A DNA stretch of 39,822 nucleotides from Octopus bimaculoides (GCF_001194135.2 NC_068985.1:43387658-43427479), one strand, 5' to 3'; shown: positions 1 through 10,031, counted from the stretch's first letter. The notes: generated by a model from the sequence alone, not told the origin. Program-made: numbers and translations.

Positions 1-16
1 CTTTTATGAGTTCGCA

Positions 17-63
17 CGGTCGTCCCTTACAATTGGTGACCCCGACGTCGGTCGTACCTTACA
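17..63 (+). mobile_element. LTR retrotransposon micro-remnant: LTR 3' end, tRNA-Trp-type primer binding site, second LTR 3' end
   Basis: cggtcgtcccttaca (17-31, ends in CA), a 2-nt spacer, TGGTGACCCCGACGT (34-48), then cggtcgtaccttaca (49-63, 14/15 identical to 17-31). The PBS is complementary to the 3' end of metazoan tRNA-Trp (...ACGTCGGGGTCACCA). Confidence 0.7.
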
Positions 64-86
64 TATATATATATATACCAAAAAGA

Positions 87-223
87 TTTTATAACATTTT
101 TCTAACATTTTTCTGACATAATTTAAATATATACTTTAACCATGTAACACAAGTCTTCTGTAGTTTTTTCACTCTTATTATCTTTTATACATCCAACCAC
201 GTGCTTTCACATACCAACTTTCT

Positions 224-225
<2 letters not shown>
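87..225. repeat. Dispersed copy of the foldback-element arm also seen at 5082-5212, 5370-5468 and 6270-6325
   Basis: ataacatttttctaac...atttaaatatat...aacacaagtcttctgtagttt...cttttatacatccaacca is the reverse complement of about 5082-5212. Confidence 0.75.
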
Positions 226-258
<33 letters not shown>

Positions 259-614
259 GTCTTGGGTGTACCTGTTGATAACGACTTCACCTAGCAAATT
301 ATCTTAATTGCTAAAATAAGTGAGAAAACAATTGGTCCAGGAGAAGTGATGGTAAAAGTTTTTATTTTTCATTTCGTTTCTTTTGGGATTTTATCCCTAA
401 TTTTGTGGTTCTAGAACCTAGCAGTTCTTTCTAGCATAAGGAATCCCATCAGTGAATTCCTCTTATGTATTTAAATATGCACTGTACCTTATGAGTAATT
501 CATAGTCTTTGGACTAAACTTTTATACGCTAGGCCACTTGGAGGTGAAAATTTTTATTAATTTCCATTTCCCTTTGATATGATTTTAAGTATTATATGTA
601 TGTATGTATATGTA

Positions 615-654
<40 letters not shown>

Positions 655-659
<5 letters not shown>

Positions 660-860
660 GAGAATTTACGAAAAAAAACAACAGACGAAGACAGGTGGTG
701 TAAACAACAAATGGATGTATTAGTTTAATGCTCGGGATAGAAAAAGTCTTTGACGTTTCAAGCTACGCTCTTCAACTGAATGGAACACAGAAAGAAATAA
801 GGAGAGAAACAAGGAGAAAAAAATATAAATGTAGTGGTCAGCGATCTATCATGGCGAATA
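655..860 (-). mobile_element. Penelope-type non-autonomous repeat with a degenerate hammerhead-like motif at 748-782
   Basis: The minus strand reads cAGTTGA-a-gagc-gta-gctt-GAAA-cg-TC-aaag. This is hammerhead topology with core substitutions relative to CUGANGA. The fragment is flanked by (TA)n and a SINE tail. Confidence 0.45.
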
Positions 861-861
861 T

Positions 862-956
862 ATCATCATCATCGTTTAACGTCCGCTTTCCATGCTAGCA
901 TGGGTTGGACGATTTGACTGAGGACTGGTGAAACCGGATGGCAACACCAGGCTCCA
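862..956 (-). mobile_element. 3' end of a (GAT)n-tailed retroposon (SINE or RTE 3' UTR family)
   Basis: atcatcatcatcgtttaacgtccgctttccatgctagcatggg..., identical over 95 bp to 2914-3008. The same family occurs at 5825 and 20224. Confidence 0.85.
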
Positions 957-966
957 TATATATATA

Positions 967-1897
967 ATTGTTAGAGAATTACTTTATGCTGATGATGCTG
1001 ATTTGTTGGGATATGCAGCGTTTAATGGACAGATTTTCCACTGCATGTGTACATTTCGGACTCACAATTAGTTTGGGAAAAACCAAAGTAATGTTTACTC
1101 CCATGCCAGGACAAACATATTCTGAACCAAACATTTTTGTGAATGGAACAAGGTTGACACCTTTTGTTATCTAGGAAGCACAGTCAAGAGATGGGTAGTC
1201 TTGATGCAGAGATATACTATCGAATAGGGAAGAGAAGTGTTGCATTTGGAAAGCTCGAAAAGCGAGTATGGGCAGACAAAAATCAGTGTCTATAAAGCAT
1301 GTGCATTGGCTGCACTTCTTTATTCAAGTGAGACATGGACCACTTACAAGCGCCATATAAAAATGCTGGACAAATTTCATCAAAAGTGCCTTAGACGTAT
1401 CTTAGGAGTCCAGTGGGAATGTTTCATACCAGATACAGAGGTTTTGCGCATGGCATGTTGCAGCTCAGTTGAACATGTTATCTTGGCTCAAATGAGATGG
1501 ACTGGACATGTTATTAGAATAAAAGATGAGCATTTGCCAAAGCATCTTTTTTATAGTGAGCTCAATTCTAGAAAGCAACCACAACATAAGCCGAGGAAAA
1601 GGTATAAAGACTGTGTGAAGGAAAACCTGAAGAAACTACATATGAACAAAAGTGATTGGGAAAATGATGCTCTAGATCGGAACAAGTGGAGAGGTGCTGT
1701 TAGAACTGGTTGTAATGCCTGAAAGGAAAAGATGATTCAACATTGAACTTAAAAGGACCTGTCGTAAAGGAACTATCAGAACTGGAATCAATAGTGAACA
1801 TTGGGTATGTATTATATGTAATCATGTTCTGTTGTCAAAAGCAGGATACGTGAACCATATGAAGTCACATGACAATCGTAATGCCCAGCCACCTCTT
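967..1897 (+). pseudogene. 5'-truncated RTE-clade LINE: RT C-terminal half plus C-terminal C2H2 zinc finger, with frameshifts and stops
   Basis: IVRELLYADDAD (YADD at 985-996), FGLTISLGKTKVM, ALLYSSETWT, FHQKCLRRIL, QMRWTGHVIR, RKRYKDCVKENLK, and CIIC-x12-HMKSH at 1808-1870. Confidence 0.92.
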
Positions 1898-1907
1898 ACA
1901 ACATTCA

Positions 1908-1953
1908 TATATGTGTATGTGTATGTATATATATGTGTATGTGTATGTATAAG

Positions 1954-2020
<67 letters not shown>

Positions 2021-2033
2021 ATGTATGTATGTA
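1908..2033. repeat. Compound (TA)n/(TATG)n microsatellite
   Basis: Direct read. It produces the spurious YIYI ORFs. Confidence 0.95.
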
Positions 2034-2049
2034 TTAAAAAGCAGCAGCA

Positions 2050-2272
2050 AAAATATCACAAAAACTGTTACTCAGTTTCACATTCCCGTTCATTGGACAG
2101 TTTTGTTTAGAATTGAGCAAGATAGTTACATGCAGAAATACAATTACTTTGATAGAAACACATTTGAAAATGGGTTTGTTTCATTGGTCCTTTCATCTAA
2201 CGGTCTTCTCAATAACCGGTTGCATGAAATTACAATTGCGGTTTAAAATCATATTATAAAAATCGAAAACCT
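2050..2272 (-). mobile_element. Penelope-type pseudo-LTR, inverted copy of 4820-5045, with a core-mutated hammerhead at 2061-2104
   Basis: The reverse complement aligns with 4820-5045 over about 220 bp. The minus strand reads aaaactgt-CCAATGA-acgggaatgt-GAAA-ctga-GTA-acagtttt. Confidence 0.75.
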
Positions 2273-2913
2273 TAAATCAAAAATAGCTTATCTAGAAGGG
2301 AGAAAAAGCTTGAATACCAGGGTAAATAATTAGTAGTAGAATTAATAATTGATTAAAAGATATATCTGTTTAAAAAACTTTCACACTAAAATGCATATAC
2401 ATTTAGCAATATATACACATACCAAACAGCCTATAATATACGTATATACACAAAACATACAGCGTTGGTACATGTCTACGCATATATAGAGAGATTTATA
2501 GGCAAAACATAAATATATACAAATGCAAATACATGTATACATGCACACACACACGCGCATAAAACCTCCTGGTGTATGCTTATACAACTTAGATGTTACA
2601 GGTGAAAGAAAGAAAAGGAAAAAAGTATCAGAGAATAACAAGTGTTGTGAGAAAGAAAAAAGGGAAAAGAAGAAAAAGAAACAGAAAATTAGAGAGAGAA
2701 AGGGGAAAAAGAGAAGTAGAGAGAGTGAGAGGATTGGCGTTCCTAAAAGTATCTAACAAAAGTTAGATACTTCGTTCAGCTTGCAAAACGCACACATTAA
2801 ACGACAGGCATATCTACATAAATACAAACATACATACAAATACACACACATATAGACACGCGTACAAATATACAAATAAATACATTCGCAAATACATACC
2901 CAAATAATATATA

Positions 2914-3241
2914 ATCATCATCATCGTTTAACGTCCGCTTTCCATGCTAGCATGGGTTGGACGATTTGACTGAGGACTGGTGAAACCGGATGGCAACACC
3001 AGGCTCCAATCTGATTTGCCAGTTTCTACAGCTGGATGCCCTTCCTAACGCCAACCACTCAGAGAGTGTAGTGGGCGCTTTTACGTGTCACCCGCACGAA
3101 GGCCAGTCAGGCGGTACTGGCAACGGCCACGCTCAAAATGGTGTATTTTATGTGCCACCCGCACAAGAGCCAGTCCAGGGGCACTGGCAACGATCTCGCT
3201 CGAAAATCCTTACACATGTCACGGGCACAAGTGCCATGAAG
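2914..3241 (-). mobile_element. (GAT)n-tailed retroposon, truncated by a gap
   Basis: Same tail and body as 5825-6130 and 20224-20700 (…ggatgcccttcctaacgccaaccactcagagagtgtagtggg…). Confidence 0.88.
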
Positions 3242-3624
3242 NNNNNNNNNNNNNNNNNNNNNNNNNNNNNNNNNNNNNNNNNNNNNNNNNNNNNNNNNNN
3301 NNNNNNNNNNNNNNNNNNNNNNNNNNNNNNNNNNNNNNNNNNNNNNNNNNNNNNNNNNNNNNNNNNNNNNNNNNNNNNNNNNNNNNNNNNNNNNNNNNNN
3401 NNNNNNNNNNNNNNNNNNNNNNNNNNNNNNNNNNNNNNNNNNNNNNNNNNNNNNNNNNNNNNNNNNNNNNNNNNNNNNNNNNNNNNNNNNNNNNNNNNNN
3501 NNNNNNNNNNNNNNNNNNNNNNNNNNNNNNNNNNNNNNNNNNNNNNNNNNNNNNNNNNNNNNNNNNNNNNNNNNNNNNNNNNNNNNNNNNNNNNNNNNNN
3601 NNNNNNNNNNNNNNNNNNNNNNNC
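3242..3624. other. Assembly gap (N run)
   Basis: Run of N. Confidence 0.99.
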
Positions 3625-3996
3625 CTGTGACATATTTCATCCGGTTTAATCGTAATTTATACGCATATATTGTTTATATAATAAATTACGCTGTGCGTAT
3701 CTATGTGTGTAACAATTTTAGAGTTAGGGTTAGGGTTAACAGTCTAGTTAGGGTTCGGGGATTAATACGATATACACCGTTACAGCGCTAACTGTTTTCA
3801 ACTGAATAGACGTCAGTGATTAGTAGAAATTATCGAAATAAGACAATTTTTTACATGAAATAAATTCGAATACAAAAATTTTTTTCTGTTCTATAACACA
3901 AAATAGATAAGTATATGAAGTTTGAAAGTCTTTCGGTACCAAAAACACTGCATAAAACATAAATGAAAACTGGTGCCCCCGTTTTGAAATAGATCC
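3625..3996. mobile_element. Right part of a MITE of the 12630-13183 family, containing (TTAGGG) motifs
   Basis: 3829-3996 is near-identical to 13020-13183 and ends in the TIR ...cccccgttttgaaatagatcc. ttagggttagggtt occurs at 3724-3737. The left TIR is lost in the gap. Confidence 0.85.
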
Positions 3997-4385
3997 AATA
4001 TATACATACACACAGATATATGGAGATAGACATATCTTTATTTCAAGATAAATATATATTATAATGTATATACGCAAAGACACATTTAAGAAAAAAAACT
4101 GCTATATATAATATTAAAATGTAAAAATGAGGAAATTGCACAATAAATTAATATAACATAATTAAAAGCGTGAGTAAACAATAAAAATAAACCTCAGCAA
4201 ATCTTAAGCTTAAATTTGTAAAACAGTTGAAGGCTTTCTTAAAACTCAGATGTAAATATAAACTGTAAAGTTGAAATATATACTATCATTGTAATACAAA
4301 AATAACTATAAGGTGTAAAGTCAAATTCAAATGTGAGAGTCAAAATTTTCCAAAAGTCAAAATATTTTACCCATATGGTATTTTA

Positions 4386-4720
4386 TCAGTTAACATTTTA
4401 AACCTTGCGGTGTGCTTGCAGGAATTTAAGAGCTCATGTCTCTGGTTCCAAGCATGTTTATCCTGGAACAGGATGAAGAACTTTTCTGAGAGGCAAAGAT
4501 TACATTTCATGGGTTTTTTATAAGCTCCATGTTTGTATGATAAAGCTTTTTCTAAAAATTTCTCAGATTATATTGAAAAGACGGGTGTTATTCTCTTTCA
4601 ATTCCCAGACATACTTTGCAAGACTAGTTGCTGTCCTATTCTTGGGGTATCAGAATGAATTTCGGTGGGAATAAAACCAAATCTTGAATGAATTTTCTGA
4701 AGCCCCTGTGAAAATGTTTA
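4386..4720 (-). pseudogene. Penelope-like element GIY-YIG endonuclease C-terminal remnant
   Basis: The minus strand translates to GASENSFKIWFYSHRNSF*YPKNRTATSLAKYVWELKE and, after a frameshift, MKCNLCLSEKFFILFQDKHAWNQRHELLNSCKH. This pattern (SLAKYVWELK, CNLCLSEK, R.EL...C.H) is typical of Penelope-like endonuclease ends. Confidence 0.85.
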
Positions 4721-4819
4721 GAAAGTAATTTTAAGAATTACATGCATTTGCATTTCTATATATTTATGTTTTAACCATGTATCAATGCCTGTATGTTTTG
4801 TGTATATACGTATATTATA

Positions 4820-5045
4820 GGTTGTGTTTGATTTTTATAATAATTTGATTTTAAACCGCAATTGTAATTTCATGCAACCAGTTATTGAAAAGACCGTTAG
4901 ATGAAAGGACCAATGAAACAAAACCATTTTCAAATGTGTACCTATCACAGTAATTGTATTTCTGCATATAACTCTATCTTGCTCCATTCTAAACAAAACT
5001 GTCTGATGAATGGGAACATGAAACTCTGAGTAACAGTTTTTTCTG
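4820..5045 (+). mobile_element. Penelope-type pseudo-LTR carrying a hammerhead ribozyme
   Basis: Inverted repeat of 2050-2272, adjacent to the GIY-YIG remnant, and ending in a hammerhead motif. Confidence 0.75.
4995..5040 (+). ncRNA. Minimal type I hammerhead ribozyme
   Basis: aaaactgt (stem I), CTGATGA, atg-ggaa-cat (stem II), GAAA, c-tctga-g (stem III), TA, acagtttt (stem I, 8/8 complementary). All core nucleotides are present. The predicted cleavage site is after GUA at 5032. Confidence 0.8.
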
Positions 5046-5113
5046 TTTTTTAATAGAGCATATTACTCTACTTCTGGTATTCGAGTTGGTGTGGGAAAGC
5101 TCATGGTTGGATG

Positions 5114-5468
5114 TATAAAAGATAAAATAGAGTGAATAAACTACAGAAGACTTGTGTTATATGATTAAAAAATATATTTAAATCATCATGTTAGAAAAAT
5201 GTTATAAAATTTTGTGTGTAGTGACATTCTTTTTGGAGAAATAACTGGTTTCATATTTTCTTTTCAAATTTCTAGCAAAGACATGACACAATATCAGTAA
5301 AGAAATATGAGAAATTTGAAAAGAAAATACAAAACCGGTTATTTCTCCCTAAACAATAACACTACGCACAAAATTTTCTAACATTTTTCTAACATGACAA
5401 TTTAAATATATGCTTTAATCATATAACACAAGTCTTCGGGAGATTTTCAGTCTATTTTGTCTTTTATA
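5114..5468. mobile_element. Foldback (palindromic) MITE-like element
   Basis: The left arm 5114-5272 and the right arm 5309-5468 are imperfect reverse complements (e.g. gagaaataactggtttcatattttcttttcaaatttct / agaaatttgaaaagaaaatacaaaaccggttatttctc). Confidence 0.75.
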
Positions 5469-5824
5469 AATACACACACACATATATATAGTAATATAAC
5501 AAATGAAAGACAGAAGATGGAATATACAAGAATATATTATTAATCACAACAATTGTTTCGACACTTCTTGTGGGACACACAAAAACTGATTTAGGAGTAT
5601 CTGGTGGTGCAGACGTATCTCGTCGGGTGATAAATAAATTTTAAAAAACTCGTTAAAATGACTGTTCCATAATTCAACTTTCCATTTTGTAGAGAGAAAA
5701 ACAAGCTAGATGGAGGAAAATTCTTCATATATATATAGAAGATCCAAAAATAAAATTGCAGAAGACAAAAAGAGAAACGAACACTTAATCCAGTGGGAAA
5801 AGTATTGAAAATAACCGTTAACAG

Positions 5825-6130
5825 ATCATCATCATCATCATCGTCGTTGTTTAACGTCTGCTTTCCATGCTAGCATGGGTTGGACGATTTGACTGAGGAC
5901 TGGTGAAACCAGATGGCTACACCAGGCTCCAATCTGATTTGGCAGAGTTTCTACAGCTGGATGCCCTTCCTAACACCAACCACTCAGAGAGTGTAGTGGG
6001 TGCTTTTATGTGTCACCTGCACGAAGGCCAGTCAGGCGGTACTGGCAACAGCCACGCTCAAAATGGTGTATTTTATGTGCCACCCACACAAGAGCCAGTC
6101 CAGGGGCACTGGCAACGATCTCGCTCGATA
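5825..6130 (-). mobile_element. (GAT)n-tailed retroposon
   Basis: Same family as 2914-3241. Confidence 0.88.
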
Positions 6131-6470
6131 TGTATGTATAAACACCCCCAGGCAAGCTGCATGGCACAAGTACACACACTCATACAAGCATTAGCAAAAA
6201 TGTGAACATACGCACACGCGAGGTTAGGCGCACACATGATTACAAAGCAAGTTAGATATTTAGTAAGTTGTGTCATATGATTAAAGTATATATTTAAATA
6301 GTCATGTTAGAAAAATGTTATAAATATAGTAATATAGGTGTAAAAAGGTTGAATGTAGATTCATCCTTTAACTTGAAGGTTTCCAGAAAAAGATTTCTAA
6401 TGTTGATTCTTCATATTTTGCAGATAGTTTACAGGCGTAAATTTGCGAAGATATGAAAGTAATACTTAAA

Positions 6471-6662
6471 TATGATGTATGGTGAATTTATGGAAAGAAA
6501 TCCCATGAAACTCATCAGTTTAGTTAAAAATAGAGAAGACAAGTTGTTACAATATATAAGAATTAAAATTCTCTTATATATTTGAACAACTTGTCTTCTC
6601 CATTTTTAACTAAATTGATGAGTTTCATGGGACTTCTTTCCATAAATTCACCATACATCATA
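6471..6662. repeat. Near-perfect palindrome of about 190 bp (foldback element)
   Basis: tatgatgtatggtgaatttatggaaagaa... pairs with ...ttctttccataaattcaccatacatcata. The arms are about 90 bp with few mismatches and the centre is near 6565. Confidence 0.9.
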
Positions 6663-6783
6663 TATANNNNNNNNNNTATATATGTATATATACATATATA
6701 TATAAATATATATATACATATATAAATATATATATATAAATATATGTATAAATATAAATATATTTATATAGATAGATAGATAA

Positions 6784-8069
6784 AACTTACTTGGCAAAGA
6801 ATGCATGGCGTTCAATCATAATAATATAAATAATATATATATATGCATATTTATATACATATATGTACATACTTACATCTATACGTATATATATATATAT
6901 ATATATGCATATGTGGGCACAGGACGTCACGAAATGTGTACAACAAAAAATATGAAGTACGAGTACATGGAATATGACCTATTTTTTGAACAATGAAACA
7001 AACAAATGGAAAACAAGACAAACAACACAAAGAACGACCCTTCATCAGTTGTTGGCTGTTTTTTTAGCTTCGTATCTTGAGCATTTAACAACAAGACATG
7101 CTTTCGATAAAACAGTTGCTCCCACAAAGCAAATTAAATAAAATTTGGGGTTTTGCGGAGGGTCAAAATTGGTAACACAAACAGGACAGTGAAAACAAAC
7201 AGGAAGGGATGCTAAGCCTGAATGAGGTTGAGGTGGCGAACGTGTAAATCAAGCTTGGACAGGAGACAAACAAGAACACATCTTCCTTGATCCAGCTACA
7301 ACGGAGAGAAAGAAACACAAGTTAGGAGAAGAAAGATGGTCGATGGTCACGTGGGAGCCACGTGAGCAAGAGAGGAAGAGTGAGGGAGAGAGAGTGACAG
7401 ACAGAGGACTGTGATGGGGAGAGGAAAAATTGGAGGTAGGATAAGTGAGAGAAAACAGGAATGGGAGAAAGGAAGAGAGAAAAATGAAAGGGTAATAGGA
7501 TAGAATAATGGGAGAAGAGGAGATAAAAGAATAAGAGAAAGAAAGAGAGAAAAACAAAAGAGTAAAAAGATAGTGAAGTGCATATCAGAATTATTAAGAT
7601 AGAACTTATTTGGAAGAGGATGCATGGCATTCAATCATATAATAATACGAAGACATGTTCTTGTCTGTCTCCTGTCCAAGCTTGTTTTATGCGTTCGCCA
7701 CCACAACCACATTTAGGCTTAGCAGCCCTTCCTATTTGTTTTCACTGTCCTGATTGTTTTACCAATTTTAATCCACCATAAAATCCCAAATTTTATTTAA
7801 TTTGCTTTGCAAGAGCAACTGTTTTATCGAAAGCGTATCTTATTGTTAAATGCTCAAAATACAAGGCTAGAAAAACAGCTAACAACTGATGAAGGGTCGT
7901 TTTTGTGTTGTTTGTCTTGTTTTCCATTTGTGTCTTTCGTTGTTCGAAAAAATAGTTCGTTTTCCATGTTTTTGTTTTTTTATGTTCTTGTTTTTCTTGA
8001 CGTCCTGTACCCATATATGCATGTATATATACATATATATGTAGGTATGTACATATATGTATGTATATA

Positions 8070-8133
<64 letters not shown>

Positions 8134-8754
8134 CATACATATATATATTATTTATATCATTATATGATAGATGCCTTTGCATCCATTTCCAAGTAAGTTT
8201 TATCTTAATAATTCTGATGCACACTCTACACTCTCTATTCTCCCTTTATCACTATTATTATTCTTTCTTTCTATTTTTCTTCGCCTCCCCTTCACCATTC
8301 TCTTTCTCTCCCTCACTCTTCCTCCTTGACCCTCTTGTTGCTCACATGTGACCAGTGGCTATTCTTTTTTCCTCTCACTTTACAAGAGATAACACCTACT
8401 TTTGCCTTCTTTTGTCATAGTTCCTTTCTCCAGCGTTCACTACTTCACCTTGTTATGGCTTAACAGCCCTCACCATTTATTTTTATTGTTTTGTTCTTAC
8501 TGTCCTGTTTTTGTTATCACTTTAAACCCCACCCCCTCCACAAAAATCCCAAATTTTATTTAATTTGCTTTGCGAGAAAGACTGTTTTAATGAAGTTGCG
8601 TCTTTTCCCAACCTTCAAAATGCGGAGTAGATAAAACAGGGGACAACTGATGAAGGGATTGTTCTTCGTGTTCTCGTTTTTTTGATGTCCTGTACCCACA
8701 TATGCATGTATATATACATATATATGTAGGTATGTACATATATGTATGCATATA

Positions 8755-8792
<38 letters not shown>
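6784..8792. repeat. Tandem plus inverted array of a roughly 760-820 bp unit, probably a non-autonomous Penelope-related element
   Basis: The motif aactta(c/t)ttgg...atgcatggc.ttcaatcata recurs at 6784 and 7603. 7649-8222 is the reverse complement of 6786-7287, 8200-8345 is the reverse complement of about 7340-7600, and a further inverted unit runs 8400-8792. Each unit contains CTGATGA. Confidence 0.85.
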
Positions 8793-9004
8793 NNNNNNNN
8801 NNNNNNNNNNNNNNNNNNNNNNNNNNNNNNNNNNNNNNNNNNNNNNNNNNNNNNNNNNNNNNNNNNNNNNNNNNNNNNNNNNNNNNNNNNNNNNNNNNNN
8901 NNNNNNNNNNNNNNNNNNNNNNNNNNNNNNNNNNNNNNNNNNNNNNNNNNNNNNNNNNNNNNNNNNNNNNNNNNNNNNNNNNNNNNNNNNNNNNNNNNNN
9001 NNNN
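8793..9004. other. Assembly gap (N run)
   Basis: Run of N. Confidence 0.99.
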
Positions 9005-9179
9005 GCAAACAGATCTCTGAGTTGTTTAGGAGAATTTGTTGCAATTGCTTCCACCAGAGTCATATCCCATCATGAGTAATAATAGGAGTGTCATTGAATA
9101 GTGAGAGATGGGATCTAAGTGTGACACACTGATACACAGAAATTAGTTTTCGCATTTATTATATATATATATATATATA

Positions 9180-9394
9180 CAAGGAGGTGCTGAAAAGTTC
9201 CTGGTTTCAAGAGTATCGCAAAAGGCCTGGTTGGAGGCCAACCTTCTGAGTTCTTTTGCTGCGCTTAGAAAAACTGAAGGACTGCTGCAATAAGTGTGTG
9301 AATCTGAGAGGGGGAATATGTTGAATAAAATCATAATTAACTGATACCCCTGTATTTTCTTTTATTGAAAGCCAGGAACTTTGCAACACCTCCT
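9180..9394. mobile_element. Mariner-type MITE
   Basis: Left TIR (ta)caaggaggtgctgaaaagttcctggtttc. The reverse complement of the right end is gaggaggtgttgcaaagttcctggctttc. The element follows a TA run. Confidence 0.75.
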
Positions 9395-10031
9395 CTCTCT
9401 CTCACACACATATTATTCTTTACTTTTTTTTACCCTTTTTGTTAAAATAATTTCCCTGATAATTTCAGCATTGAGAAAATCAGTATGTCTGTATGATCTC
9501 ACTGTAGTAGCTCTAAACGGTATTATCTTTATAGTCTTTTATCTCCCCCAATAAGCTACTAAACTCTTATAATGACATAGAACACTCAAGCCTACCACTA
9601 CCAAATGATAATATTGATTTCTTTTGATGGATATATTTAGGACAAACAGATTGGAATGTTGTGGTGGTTGGTTACATTTTCCTCAAAAGCATTATCTATA
9701 AAAGTGAAAGAAAAAAGACCACAGCTAGAATTAAAAGCCAGTCAGAAATTCCTTTTGCTGCAAACCTTTTCATATTTGGTTTTTTTACTCCAATCTGTCT
9801 TTGATGTCTAAATGATATCCTATCAGTTGGTTTCATGCTAAAGAATGCTAAACATGTAAGCTGACCAAATTACTATTTCTCTAATCCTCACTAGGGTAAG
9901 AAAATTATAGATTCAGGAATTTTTAAATAATTAGGTAATGTATTCACTATTTCTGGTATCTTTATTGTTTTCAATTTCATCTCAAGAAATTTCAGAAAAA
10001 TTTTTTTTTAAATTAAATCTGCTAACTAAAT

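Noticed and set aside
915-940. CTGAGGA-ctggt-GAAA in the (GAT)n-tailed retroposons
   Set aside because: Stems I and II do not pair, and GAAA is absent in the 20224 copy.
3724-3755. TTAGGG repeats as an interstitial telomere or chromosome fusion site
   Set aside because: Only 2-3 units, internal to a MITE family also present at 12630-13183.
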